From NCBI GenBank assembly GCA_937893125.1, contig CALBHW010000050.1, positions 3,847-67,846 of the forward strand: a stretch of 64,000 nt of DNA, in the 5' to 3' direction. The DNA comes from an uncultured Clostridia bacterium (GTDB taxonomy: Bacteria; Bacillota; Clostridia; Christensenellales; UBA1242). Numbering within the stretch: position 1 is the stretch's first letter; the number at the start of each line of letters is the position of its first letter. A model generated the notes under the pieces. It saw only the letters and a program-made list of their open reading frames with translations, ran no database searches and was not told the origin of the DNA. Below are positions 19,115 to 29,351 of this stretch, in pieces. A program made the position numbers and the translations under genes.

Positions 19115-19302
19115 ATCAAAATTATATTATATTCCTAAAAAAAAGAAAAATACTTTTGCCTATTTTGAGAAAAAAGAGAGAGCAATTTCGTTTTTGCACA
19201 AAAAATGTTTGATTTTAGGGCGGAAAGAGGCGAAAAAAGTTTAACTTTTTAAAAAATATAGGTTAAAATATATGTATAATTGTTGAAACAAGGAGAAAAA
19301 TT

Positions 19303-20217
19303 ATGAAAAAATATTTGCTTAAAGACGCTCTTGAAAAAGGGTATGCTATTGGTGCTTTCAATTTTGCGACGCTTGAAGTTTTAAAAGCCATTATTGCGTC
19401 CGCAGAAAGTAAAAATTCGCCAGTTATCGCCCAAGTGAGCGAGTCGGGAATCGCTTTTTTGGGTGACGACTACCTTAAAGGAATCATTGAGAGCGCGAGA
19501 AAAAATTGTCGCGTGCCTATCAGTTTTCATCTTGACCACGGCAAATCTTTCGATATTGCAAAACGCGCAATTGATATTGGCTTTGATAGCGTGATGATTG
19601 ACTGCTCAATGTTGCCATTTGAAGATAATGTCGCAATAACAAAAAAAGTCGTCGACTATGCGCACGAAAGGGGAGTTTTTGTCGAGTCGGAACTTGGCTC
19701 TATTGCGGGAATTGAGGACGATTTAAAGGTTGCAGACAAAGATAGCCTTTATACATCGCCTATTCAAGCAAAAGAATTTGTCGAAAGAACGGGGACGGAC
19801 AGCCTTGCAATTGCAATCGGCACGAAACACGGCGCATATAAGTATAGTGGGGAAGCGAAATTGAGATTTGATATTTTGGAAGAAATAGAGAAACTCATCC
19901 CTGACATTCCGCTTGTTTTGCACGGCGCGAGCGGGGTTGAAGCGCGTGATGTTGCAAGACTTCTTGAAATGGGAGTTGACATTCAAGGCGCAAAAGGTAT
20001 TCCAGAAGAACTTTTAGCCAAGGCGAGCAAGCACCATATCTGCAAAATTAACGGCGACACGGATATAAGAATTTCGCTTTTGGTCGGCATTCTCGAATAT
20101 ATCGGCAACAACAACTCAAATATTGATTATAGAAAATATTTGGGCGCGGGGATGACCGAAGTCGCAAACCTTGTTGCGCACAAAATCGATGTTTACGGCA
20201 GTGCAAATAAGGCGTAA
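19303..20217 (+). CDS. fba: Class II fructose-bisphosphate aldolase
   Basis: GAFNF near the N-terminus, FHLDHGKS, LVLHGASG. Confidence 0.9.
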   Translation: MKKYLLKDALEKGYAIGAFNFATLEVLKAIIASAESKNSPVIAQVSESGIAFLGDDYLKGIIESARKNCRVPISFHLDHGKSFDIAKRAIDIGFDSVMIDCSMLPFEDNVAITKKVVDYAHERGVFVESELGSIAGIEDDLKVADKDSLYTSPIQAKEFVERTGTDSLAIAIGTKHGAYKYSGEAKLRFDILEEIEKLIPDIPLVLHGASGVEARDVARLLEMGVDIQGAKGIPEELLAKASKHHICKINGDTDIRISLLVGILEYIGNNNSNIDYRKYLGAGMTEVANLVAHKIDVYGSANKA

Positions 20218-20246
20218 AATATACATTAAAAACAATTTAAGTATAA

Positions 20247-20275
20247 AAGACACTCTATTTGAGTGCCTTTTTTTG
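20247..20275 (+). terminator. Terminator after fba
   Basis: Stem agacactc / gagtgcct with one mismatch, then a T-run. Confidence 0.55.
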
Positions 20276-20392
20276 ATATAAATTGTTTAAAAAATACATT
20301 TTATAAAAGCCAACAAAATGTACTTAAAGATTTTCTCTTTAAAAGCATATTATTCCTTTTTGTTACACAAAATAGGTGGTGAAGGGAAAAAT

Positions 20393-20824
20393 ATGAACAT
20401 TGAACGCAACAAAAACGAACTTAATCCGCAAGATAGTATCGGCAAGGCGACAGGCTTTTTTCTTTTTCGTAATCTTGTAAATAATTACAATATTGACAAA
20501 GAAAAGCAAGAGGATGAAAGGAAAAGTATCAAAAAGTACGGCAGAACTTCGCTTATTTTGTCCTTTATTTCCATTCTTCTTGGCGTGTGTTCGCTTGTTT
20601 GCAAGTTTGCAAACCTTGAACTCGCGGGCTTTTCAAATTTACTCATTGTTGTCATTTATATTTTGAGCGGAATAGTCGTTTCGACAATTTTGTCTCTATA
20701 TGCTTTTGTGTTCGCCGTTTTGCAAACAAGGCTTAATAGAAAATCAATTGGAATAATTGGGCTTATTGTGTCCATTCTTTCCATTATGCTTGTTTTGACG
20801 CTGATTTTATTTTTGCTTATTTAG
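20393..20824 (+). CDS. Small membrane protein (about 3-4 TM helices)
   Basis: ATG 20393 preceded by GGTGGTGAAGGG. Hydrophobic C-terminal two thirds. Confidence 0.5.
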   Translation: MNIERNKNELNPQDSIGKATGFFLFRNLVNNYNIDKEKQEDERKSIKKYGRTSLILSFISILLGVCSLVCKFANLELAGFSNLLIVVIYILSGIVVSTILSLYAFVFAVLQTRLNRKSIGIIGLIVSILSIMLVLTLILFLLI

Positions 20825-21793
20825 TTGCTCTTGCGCTGGCTTGTTTTTTCTAAAACGCTTTTCAATAAAAAACCATTTTGCAATAAACACCGCGATTATT
20901 GTCGAAAATGCGCCGACAAAAACATCGGTGAAGAAGTGTGCGCCTGCGACAATTCTTGATAACATTACAAGGAAAGTATAAACACAAGCGGTTGTCATAA
21001 GTGCGATTTTGCAACCTGTTGTGTTTGTTCTCTTGACAAAACAAGGGAGCAAAACGAGAAGAAAAGTGCTCGCCCCAGCGCACGAATGCCCTGATGGGAA
21101 CGACTTATAAAAGTCGCCAATAAAAGGCACGTCGTCCACCACGGCAAAGCGGTCTTTATTGATTTTAAACCAATTTGTATAGTGCGAAAATTCGGTGTCG
21201 TCCATATAATTCATCGCCCTAAAACGCGTTCTGCCCCAAAAAAGTTTGAGCCCTTGGACAAAAGCGTTTGAAACAGCACTGATAATTAAAACCCAAATTG
21301 CCCATTTTGAAAGGTCGCGCAAAGTCTCTTGTTTGACCCTAATGAAACACAAGAAAATGCAGAAGGTTACGACAAGTGACATCGCAAAAAGGGCGAGTTT
21401 GCCTATCGTTGTTTCCCTAAAATCGCTCAAACCAAAATCAGTGTAAATGCCAATATATTTTGACATTTTGTAAAAACAGTAAAATCCAACAAGCGCGCCT
21501 AAAATGCACATTGCTATCATAAGAAGAGTGTTAAGCCACTTTTTTTCAAGTGGGGAGCGTAAAAGGTGGAAGAAAAGTATCGCGCACGCACAAGTTAAAA
21601 AGCCGTAAAGCACTTGTTCGCCCAAAATTTCGCCTAAAACGGCAAAAATATTTTCGGAGTAATAGGCTCCGCGGGGAAGGTCAACAAATAGCTCGCTGAT
21701 TTGCAAATCAAAAATCGTTCCCAAAACGAAAATCCCAATGAGTAGTCCCCAAACGATTGATGTTGTTATTATAAATGCTTTTTTATTTGTCAT
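20807..21793 (-). CDS. PAP2-family membrane phosphatase
   Basis: PAP2 motifs PSGHS and SRIVAGAHFFTDV. Multi-pass membrane protein. Confidence 0.8.
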   Translation of the reverse strand: MTNKKAFIITTSIVWGLLIGIFVLGTIFDLQISELFVDLPRGAYYSENIFAVLGEILGEQVLYGFLTCACAILFFHLLRSPLEKKWLNTLLMIAMCILGALVGFYCFYKMSKYIGIYTDFGLSDFRETTIGKLALFAMSLVVTFCIFLCFIRVKQETLRDLSKWAIWVLIISAVSNAFVQGLKLFWGRTRFRAMNYMDDTEFSHYTNWFKINKDRFAVVDDVPFIGDFYKSFPSGHSCAGASTFLLVLLPCFVKRTNTTGCKIALMTTACVYTFLVMLSRIVAGAHFFTDVFVGAFSTIIAVFIAKWFFIEKRFRKNKPAQEQLNKQK

Positions 21794-22006
21794 TTTTATA
21801 ATCCTTTTTATATAATTTTCGCGTGTTTAGATTTTACGCAGTTTAAAATAGATATTTATCTGTAAAAACTTTTAGTAATTTTTGTTCGTTTTATTGCTAA
21901 ATAGTTCTATTTTTTTTGTGGAGTTTTTAGTTTTTTTTGCGCGTTTAAAATAAACGTAAATATTCTTATGACTTTTTCTTTTTAATTAGAATTTAGACAA
22001 GTGTTT

Positions 22007-22381
22007 TTAATTATTTTGTGGCGCGCCACAGTAAGGGCATTTGTCGAGATTTTTGGCAAATTTGCATTTGCAATACTTGCAAGTTGTCTTATTGTCAACA
22101 AGTTTTGGACGAATAGGGGCTTGCGTTACGCAATGAGTGTGGTCGCAAATATGCTCGCCTGATGTCGTCGAATTTTGTGTGTTGCTCGTTTGGCTCGCGG
22201 GACTTTTTTTGTCGTCTTTTTTTTCTTCTGGGTTCATTAAAAGAAACATTCCAGCAAGCGTTCCAATTGCGCCCATAAGGACAAGCCCGATTGAAAAAAC
22301 ATCTGCTTTGTAAAATAAAAGCAAACACAACCCGCCAAGTAGCGCCAATATTGAAATGAATAAATAGGTGTTATTTTTCAC
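22007..22381 (-). CDS. Membrane-anchored protein with a C-terminal zinc-ribbon
   Basis: Two N-terminal TM helices. C-terminal CKYCKC...CPYCG. Confidence 0.55.
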   Translation of the reverse strand: MKNNTYLFISILALLGGLCLLLFYKADVFSIGLVLMGAIGTLAGMFLLMNPEEKKDDKKSPASQTSNTQNSTTSGEHICDHTHCVTQAPIRPKLVDNKTTCKYCKCKFAKNLDKCPYCGAPQNN

Positions 22382-22671
22382 AACATTTTCCTTTTAATAC
22401 AATATTACTATTTTTTGACCATTTTTTCAAGTAAATGTCTTATTTTTGTTATGCAAAAAAATAATTTAAAATATATTGCTTTATTTTTTGCGAAAAAAGT
22501 CGAAATAATTTTTAAAATGTCATAAATTTAAGAACAAAATATCAAAAATTAAATTTTTTCTAATAGGGCTCTATTTTTTTTAAAAAAATGTCTAAAATTG
22601 TTTTGATTTGTAAAATTTTGTTTAAAAAAGTCGTAAAATCAAGATTTTGCCGTTTAAAAGGCGCGCACAAA

Positions 22672-23376
22672 TTAAAGTTTTGCTGCCGTTTCAAGAGCAA
22701 TTACAAACATTTCGGAATAATTATTTTGTCTTTCGCGACTGGTAGCCCCTTTACCACTATAAATTTCGTCGCTTACTGTGCACAAACAAAGTGCATTCTT
22801 TTTGTAGTCAAGTGCATTTTTGTATAGCGCGGAGCATTCCATTTCAACGCCCAAGAAGCCGTCGCGAGAAAGTTTTTCGTTTGTGCCTTCCTTTGCGTAA
22901 AAGGTGTCGGTCGAGAAGATTTTTCCCGAAGTGATTTTGATATTTTTTTCTTTTGCGATTCTTAATAGGACATCTAAAATCTTTTTTGAACATTTCATAT
23001 TTGTTGCGTTATTAGTCAAAATATCTCCGTAATTTGAGTCAGTGTCGATATTTTCTCCCACAATCAAGTCGCCAATGTGAAGGGCGGGATTTAGCGCGCC
23101 GATTGTTCCCACGCGAATAATATTTTTGACCTTATAAACATCAAAAAGTTCGTGCGAGTAAATGCCCATTGATCCTGACCCCATTCCGCTTGACATAATG
23201 GAAACGGGCGTATCCTTATAAAACCCCGTGTAACAAAAATTGTTGCGTGTTTTACTAACTAGCCTTGCGCCGTCCAAAAATTTTTCTGCCATTTTTTTGG
23301 CTCTCAACGGGTCGCCTGGCATAATAACTGTTGGCGCGATTTCGTTTAAATTCGCGTCGATGTGTGGTGTACTCAT
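22672..23376 (-). CDS. deoD: Purine nucleoside phosphorylase DeoD type
   Basis: TPHI...VIMPGDPLRAK and SSGMGSGSMGIYSHEL, 234 aa. Confidence 0.9.
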   Translation of the reverse strand: MSTPHIDANLNEIAPTVIMPGDPLRAKKMAEKFLDGARLVSKTRNNFCYTGFYKDTPVSIMSSGMGSGSMGIYSHELFDVYKVKNIIRVGTIGALNPALHIGDLIVGENIDTDSNYGDILTNNATNMKCSKKILDVLLRIAKEKNIKITSGKIFSTDTFYAKEGTNEKLSRDGFLGVEMECSALYKNALDYKKNALCLCTVSDEIYSGKGATSRERQNNYSEMFVIALETAAKL

Positions 23377-23745
23377 ATTATTTTTCCTTTTTGTGTTATT
23401 GATTTTTTATTTATAAGCAAAACTTATTTTGTTAGTGTGTAATTTTTTGTGTTATCGTTGCATTTTAAAGATGTTCTTTAATAATTTTATTTTAGAAAAA
23501 AAGTCTTTTTAAGTCAAACTTTATACTGCGAAAAGGCAAAAACAGTGATTTTTATTTTGAAAAAGTGAAAATTGATTGTAAAATAACTGTGTAAACTAAC
23601 CGCTATCTATGGCACTTTGTGTTTTTGATTGTTAAACATTTAAAGACCAAATTTAAAATTGTACAAATGCTACATTATTACTAAATAAAACGCGTAGGGG
23701 CTAAAAAATAGCGGGAAGTTAAGAAAAGAAAAAAGGAACAAAAAT

Positions 23746-24408
23746 ATGTTTAATATTACAATTGACGGGGTTGCGGGGTGCGGAAAATCGAGTTTGGCGG
23801 ACGAGTTGTCAAGGCGTTTAAACTTAAAAAAGTTTAACACGGGGATGGTTTATCGTGCGATAACATGTGAATATTTATCTCGTTTTAAGGGTAAGCCTGA
23901 CAAGGAAAAAATAGCAAAACTTCTTTCGTTATTAAATGTCGATGTGGAGTTTAAAGACGGAAAACAAGTCGTTTTTGTGAATAATCACGACTATTCAAAT
24001 GTTCTTCGCGACGAAGAAGTCAGCAATATGACGCCATATGTTAGCGGTTACGACGAACTTCGGGAAAAAGTGCGCGAAATTCAAAGAAATTTTGCAAAAA
24101 ATAACGATTGCATTATGGAAGGGCGTGACATTGGACAGGTTGTTTTAAAGGACGCGCAAGTCAAACTATTTTTGACTGCAAGTGACGAAGTCCGCGCGAA
24201 AAGGCGTTTTGACCAAATGAAGGGAAAAGAAAATTGCCCAACATTTGAAGAGATTTTAGTAGACATAAAAAAGCGGGACGACGAAGATAGAAAAAGGGAA
24301 CACGGCGCAATGATTCCAGCAAAAGACGCAGAAATTATCGACAATTCAAACGAAACGTTAGACCAAACCGTCGCGCGTTGCATTAAGTTAATCAAAGAAA
24401 GAAGATAA
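23746..24408 (+). CDS. cmk: Cytidylate kinase
   Basis: P-loop IDGVAGCGKSS, 220 aa, ...EGRDIGQVV. Confidence 0.9.
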   Translation: MFNITIDGVAGCGKSSLADELSRRLNLKKFNTGMVYRAITCEYLSRFKGKPDKEKIAKLLSLLNVDVEFKDGKQVVFVNNHDYSNVLRDEEVSNMTPYVSGYDELREKVREIQRNFAKNNDCIMEGRDIGQVVLKDAQVKLFLTASDEVRAKRRFDQMKGKENCPTFEEILVDIKKRDDEDRKREHGAMIPAKDAEIIDNSNETLDQTVARCIKLIKERR

Positions 24409-24593
24409 TAAAATTCACTGGGCTCATTTCATTTGCCCATGGATTTTCTATTGTTTTTCATCAAACCGTTTAGGACTCTTAATAACTTTGGTAGAGATTT
24501 TATTTTTTTGATATATATATAAGGAAAAAATCTAAAATTTTTAAAAAAGGTCACACAAAAAACAAATTAGAAATATCTTTATTTAAAAAAAGA

Positions 24594-24622
24594 CGCAAAA
24601 TGCGTCTTTTTGTTTTACCCAC
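24594..24622. terminator. Bidirectional terminator (serves the minus-strand operon 24709-26116 and possibly cmk)
   Basis: Stem agacgca / tgcgtct, with an A-run before and a T-run after. Confidence 0.6.
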
Positions 24623-24708
24623 AATTTGAGTAGAATGTGTGAATAAATATAGTGGTTAGGTGGAGCGTTTTATGGCCCGTTTAATTTGAAGATGTTTTGA
24701 TATAGGAA

Positions 24709-25338
24709 CTATCTTTCTTGCTCTTCTTCTTTTTCTCTTTTAGTAATGTTTTCAAGAATAGAAAATAGTTTTATATCGTTGTTTGCTTTTTTAAATTCTT
24801 CAAAATTGTTTGGCTTTTCGACTGTCGCTTGTGCTTCTGTCATGCGGGCTTTTAGGCGGTTAACGATAGCATTTTTGTCTCTTTCGTCCAAATTGTTAAA
24901 GGAAGATTTAATATCAAGTTTACCTTTTTTCAAATCTTCTGAATTATTTTGAACAATCTCGAGAGTGTCAAGATAGCCATTAACCTTGCTATCGTAGTAA
25001 ATTTCATAAACCGAGTAAGCACTTCTAAGCATAAAAGTGTGGTGGTTTAGGATTGTGCCTTTTTCCAAATTGTCTAGCATTGACATTGTACTATGATAGT
25101 GTCCAAGTTTGTTGATACAGTCAAAAATTTCAAATCTTTCTTCGGTTGTCATACCGTCGAGTTTTGAGACAATCTCCTCGCTTTCTTGTTTAACAGTTTT
25201 CTCCGCTTGTGGGTTTGAAACTTTGCGTGGGCGGAAAAATCCTTTTATCATAGAATCAACCGCATAGTCCCTTCTAAGTGCAGAGTGCATAAGGTTGTCC
25301 GCGATTTTGTATTGTTCTTCTGTGTAATCTTTTTTCAT
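24709..25338 (-). CDS. Hypothetical acidic protein (209 aa)
   Basis: ORF with a GGAG RBS, second gene of a two-gene operon. No recognisable motifs. Confidence 0.55.
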   Translation of the reverse strand: MKKDYTEEQYKIADNLMHSALRRDYAVDSMIKGFFRPRKVSNPQAEKTVKQESEEIVSKLDGMTTEERFEIFDCINKLGHYHSTMSMLDNLEKGTILNHHTFMLRSAYSVYEIYYDSKVNGYLDTLEIVQNNSEDLKKGKLDIKSSFNNLDERDKNAIVNRLKARMTEAQATVEKPNNFEEFKKANNDIKLFSILENITKREKEEEQER

Positions 25339-25387
25339 TTTTTTTCTCCTTTTTATTTTAAATTACTTTTTTGAACTATTTTTCTAA

Positions 25388-26116
25388 TTACATCTCTTTT
25401 TCAGTTTCGCTTTTTTGAGCGCTAATGTCAAGTGCTTGTTCAATAAAATCTTGTAGTAACCCTTCGCTAGCGACAATTTGCGTGCATTGTTTTAAATCTT
25501 TTCTATTTTTTGTTCTTTCTGCTCTTTCGACGGCTTTTTCTCTAATGTCGCTTAAAAATGGTCTTACAAACTTTTTTTCTGTAACCGTCGCGCTATCAAT
25601 GTCTTTTTTTATTGCGTACATTGCTTTGCCAAATTCTTCGTTATTTTCAGCGTCAAAAAGTTTAACTGCGTTTGCGATTTTTTCGCGGGCAAGGTTTTTA
25701 AAATAAAGGTCAAGAATTCTATGGCATCCGTCGCGTTTTGGGTTAAAATTCACATAACCATCTTGTTTTAGTGGCTTTTCGTACTCGTCGGTGCTTACTT
25801 GTGACCTATAAATCCAGTCTACTTGGCACAATATGTCGTCACGCGCTTCGTCGTCTAGCGCTTTGAGTGTAGAAATAATGCTTTTTTGCGCTTCTGCTTT
25901 TTCTAGAACAAAGTCGCACGCGTTCTCAAGTTGTTCGACGTCGTCATATTTGCTCAAAAAATATTGCGCCCTGTCATAGTCGTTTGCCCAAGTGATAAGT
26001 TTAGGGATTAGTCGCCTATGTGGATATTTTTCTCTTTCTTCGCGGATTTCTTTGCAAATTTTTTCTATCTCTTCTTTTTCGTTTTTTGTTAATTCCATTT
26101 TTTCTCCTTTTAACAC
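25388..26116 (-). CDS. Hypothetical acidic protein (about 236-242 aa)
   Basis: ORF with a GGAG RBS before MELTKNE. No recognisable motifs. Confidence 0.55.
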   Translation of the reverse strand: MLKGEKMELTKNEKEEIEKICKEIREEREKYPHRRLIPKLITWANDYDRAQYFLSKYDDVEQLENACDFVLEKAEAQKSIISTLKALDDEARDDILCQVDWIYRSQVSTDEYEKPLKQDGYVNFNPKRDGCHRILDLYFKNLAREKIANAVKLFDAENNEEFGKAMYAIKKDIDSATVTEKKFVRPFLSDIREKAVERAERTKNRKDLKQCTQIVASEGLLQDFIEQALDISAQKSETEKEM

Positions 26117-26455
26117 CGCTTGAAGTTATGTGGTATTTTTATTGTAAGCTTGTTCAAGGGATTTTTTATATTTTTTTTGTCGACATTAAATACTATAAAA
26201 ATTTTTAGATTTCTTTTGTAACGAACGATATGTGTTTAGATTTTCAAGTCTTGCCAAAGTTATAAAAATATGCTCATATTTTTATTATATATATAATATA
26301 TCAAGTTTTAACAATTATTTCAATAGGCAAATTGCACGAAAATATTTTTTTTGTTTGTGTCTAATAATTTTTTTTGGTTTACCCTTGCAAATCCACAAAT
26401 TCTTATTCACTTCTAAACTTCTCGATTTTGTAATCTTGCCATATTCTTTCTTCTT

Positions 26456-26562
26456 TTGACCGAAAAACTCCTTAAATTCGCAAACTTTTTCGGTTCCAGA
26501 CCGAAAAACTTTGTCAAATTTCCAACTTTTTCGGTTCTTGACCGAAAAAGTGTTGATTTTTT
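26456..26562. promoter_or_regulatory. Array of five alternating half-sites, consensus G(A)ACCGAAAAAGT, upstream of the ATPase gene
   Basis: gaccgaaaaa at 26458, 26499 and 26540. The inverse ctttttcggttc at 26485 and 26526. A putative promoter TTGATT-N17-TAAAAT follows at 26553-26581. Confidence 0.45.
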
Positions 26563-26602
26563 AATTTCTTTTTGATAAAATGCTTTTGAAAGGAAAAGAA
26601 AA

Positions 26603-27796
26603 ATGATTGTTAGAAATGATTATATTGAAAAGTTAAAACCATATATAGAAGTTAAGCTTGTAAAAATTCTTGCGGGAATAAGAAGATGTGGGAAGTCTAC
26701 AATTTTGGAGATGTTAAGAAATGAGTTGTTATCGCGCGGAATCGATGAAAAACATATAGTTGTTAGGAGATTTTCAAATGAGGATTATGACTCAAATTAT
26801 ACTTCAAAAGAAATGTATGATGAACTAAAATCTGTTATTGTTGACGACAAAAAGTATTATTTTTTGCTTGACGAGTTGCAAGAAATTGAAGGGTGGGAAA
26901 AGGTTGTTAACACTCTTCTTGAAGAATATAATACGGATATTTATGTGACTGGTTCAAATTCAAGGTTGATGAGCAGTGAGATTTCGACTTATCTTACTGG
27001 TAGATACATTACAATTCCAGTTTATACTTTGTCGTTTAAAGAATATTTGACCTTCAAAAAGAAATCTAGAAAAAGCATAAACGAAAAACTCTTTGATTAT
27101 ATTTTGTTTGGTGGTTTTCCACTTGTTGCGAGTTCCGACTTTAATGTGGAAACGACTTATTCGATTGTTGAAGATATTTACAATTCTGTCGTTGTAAGTG
27201 ACATATCAAATAGACATCAAATAACAAATATTGACTTATTTAATAGAGTTGTTCGCTTTGTTGTTGAAAATATTGGAAAAACATTTTCAGCAAATTCAAT
27301 TGTAAAATTTTTAAAGTCTGAAAAACGGGCAATTTCCGTCGAAACAATATACAATTATTTGGATTGGCTGGAAAAGGCGTTTGTGATCTATCGTTGTAAA
27401 AGATACGACTTGCAAGGAAAAAATGTTTTAAAAACGCAAGAGAAATTTTATATTGCCGACCAATCAATAAAATATGCGCTTTTTGGGTTCAGTCCCACAT
27501 CGGTCGCTTCAATGATGGAAAATTTAGTGTTTTTTGAGTTAAAAAGGCGTGGATATGAAGTTTACATCGGGAAAAATGGCGAAAAAGAAATAGATTTTGT
27601 GGCTACAAAGCGGGAAAACAAAATGTACATTCAAGTGTGTCGTGAGTTGCCAAAAGAGTCGGATAGAGAAGTCAATAATCTAATGGAAATAAAAGACCAC
27701 TTTCCTAAAATAATAGTAACACTTGACGACTATGCGGGCGGAAATATTAACGGTATAAGTGTTGTTAAACTTGCAGATTTTTTACTTGGCAAATAA
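26603..27796 (+). CDS. AAA-type ATPase with a DUF4143-like C-terminal domain
   Basis: Walker A GIRRCGKST, Walker B YFLLDELQ. Length and layout are typical of the AAA_14/DUF4143 family. Confidence 0.75.
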   Translation: MIVRNDYIEKLKPYIEVKLVKILAGIRRCGKSTILEMLRNELLSRGIDEKHIVVRRFSNEDYDSNYTSKEMYDELKSVIVDDKKYYFLLDELQEIEGWEKVVNTLLEEYNTDIYVTGSNSRLMSSEISTYLTGRYITIPVYTLSFKEYLTFKKKSRKSINEKLFDYILFGGFPLVASSDFNVETTYSIVEDIYNSVVVSDISNRHQITNIDLFNRVVRFVVENIGKTFSANSIVKFLKSEKRAISVETIYNYLDWLEKAFVIYRCKRYDLQGKNVLKTQEKFYIADQSIKYALFGFSPTSVASMMENLVFFELKRRGYEVYIGKNGEKEIDFVATKRENKMYIQVCRELPKESDREVNNLMEIKDHFPKIIVTLDDYAGGNINGISVVKLADFLLGK

Positions 27797-28001
27797 AATT
27801 AGTTTAAAAAAAATAATTTTTTTTAAAAGACATCTTAATGGGATTACGTGTACAAGGTTCATTTCATAGAGATGTCTTTTTCATTTCAAATTGACACACT
27901 TATTCCAAATTTATTCCAAATTAGCAAATTTCAACCTTAAAACCGAAATAAGTTCTAAATTTGATTATTAGTAATAATTTTAAAAGCAAATTTAATTGCG
28001 T

Positions 28002-28039
28002 AAAAAAAGTGCAAGACAACGGGGCGTCTTGTACTTTTT
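28002..28039. terminator. Bidirectional terminator downstream of tyrS
   Basis: 9-bp stem gtgcaagac / gtcttgtac, flanked by A7 and T5. Confidence 0.65.
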
Positions 28040-28046
28040 AGTTGTT

Positions 28047-29270
28047 TTAGATTAGGTTGATTTTTAGGAATGTTTTTTTGCCTTTTTTAAGGACGGGGGA
28101 AGTCGAAAGTTCCGCTAGGCACAAAGTGTAAAATGTGTCGGTGATTTGTCTCCCGTCAATTGAAACACCACCGCCAGTTATGAGTCTACGCGCCTCACTT
28201 TTTGATGGAGCAAGGTGGGTTAGAGAGAGCAAGTCAATAAGTGAAATTTTGTTGTCTTTTAGTGCGTCCTTTGGAAGGTCAAATTTTGGCATATTTTCAT
28301 CGTTGTGGTCGCCAGAAAAAAGTGCTTGCGCGCTCTTTCTTGCGTTATCAGCGTCCTCTACTCCGTGGACATCTTTTGTGATTTCGTATGCCAAAATTTC
28401 TTTTGCGCGATTTAATTCTTCGCCTTTAAGTTGCGCGAGTTTATTGATTTCATCCATTGGAAGGAATGTCAACATTTTCAAAAATTTTATTACATCCGCG
28501 TCGTCAACATTTCGCCAATATTGATAAAATTCAAATGGAGTGGTCTTTGTCCTGTCAAGCCAAACAGCGCCTTTTGCTGTTTTGCCCATTTTTTTGCCTT
28601 CGCTTGTTGTGAGAAGGTTAATGGTCATTGCACTTGCGTCTTTGCCGAGTTTTTTTCTTATAAGTTCCGTCCCAAAAAGCATATTTGACCATTGGTCGTC
28701 ACCGCCAAATTGAAGATTGCAGTTGTAGTTTTTGAACAAATAGTAAAAGTCGTATGATTGCATAATCATATAGTTAAATTCAAGGAAAGAAAGCCCTTTT
28801 TCCATCCTTTGCTTGTAACATTCTGCCCTTAACATATTGTTGACCGAAAAACAAGCGCCGACTTCACGCAAAAGTTCAATATAATTAAGTTTCAAAAGCC
28901 AATCGGCGTTGTTTAGTGCAAGCGCCTTGCCGTCGCCAAAATCTATAAAACGCTCCATTTGCTTTTTAAAACATTCGCAGTTGTGCCTTATTGTCTCTGG
29001 CGTCAAAACATTTCGCATATCCGTTCTTCCCGATGGGTCGCCGACATAACCCGTGCCACCGCCCAAAAGAACGATTGGTCGATTGCCACCCATTTGGAGA
29101 CGCTTAATAAGCGCCAAAGTCATATAATGTCCGACATGTAGCGAGTCGGCCGTTGGGTCGAAACCGATATAAAAGGTCGCTTTGCCAGTGTTAATCAAAT
29201 CTTTAATTTTTTCTTCATCGGTCGTTTGCGCAATGAGTCCACGCGCGACCAAATCTTCGTATAATTGCAT
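28047..29270 (-). CDS. tyrS: Tyrosine--tRNA ligase
   Basis: HIGH-type motif SLHVGH, KMSKS-type KMGKT, C-terminal S4-like domain. ATG at 29270 lies 6 nt after GGAG; the ORF-track TTG start at 29285 overlaps the RBS. Confidence 0.95.
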   Translation of the reverse strand: MQLYEDLVARGLIAQTTDEEKIKDLINTGKATFYIGFDPTADSLHVGHYMTLALIKRLQMGGNRPIVLLGGGTGYVGDPSGRTDMRNVLTPETIRHNCECFKKQMERFIDFGDGKALALNNADWLLKLNYIELLREVGACFSVNNMLRAECYKQRMEKGLSFLEFNYMIMQSYDFYYLFKNYNCNLQFGGDDQWSNMLFGTELIRKKLGKDASAMTINLLTTSEGKKMGKTAKGAVWLDRTKTTPFEFYQYWRNVDDADVIKFLKMLTFLPMDEINKLAQLKGEELNRAKEILAYEITKDVHGVEDADNARKSAQALFSGDHNDENMPKFDLPKDALKDNKISLIDLLSLTHLAPSKSEARRLITGGGVSIDGRQITDTFYTLCLAELSTSPVLKKGKKTFLKINLI

Positions 29271-29321
29271 AATATTCTCCTTCAAGCACCCTTATTGTAC
29301 CATTTTTATTTAAAAAGACAA

Positions 29322-29351
29322 GCGTTTTGCGCCTAAAAAGCAACAAAACGC
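29322..29351 (-). terminator. Leader hairpin plus U-run about 35 nt upstream of the tyrS start (possible attenuator)
   Basis: 8-bp stem GCGUUUUG / CAAAACGC on the minus strand, followed by UUGUCUUUUU. Confidence 0.35.
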
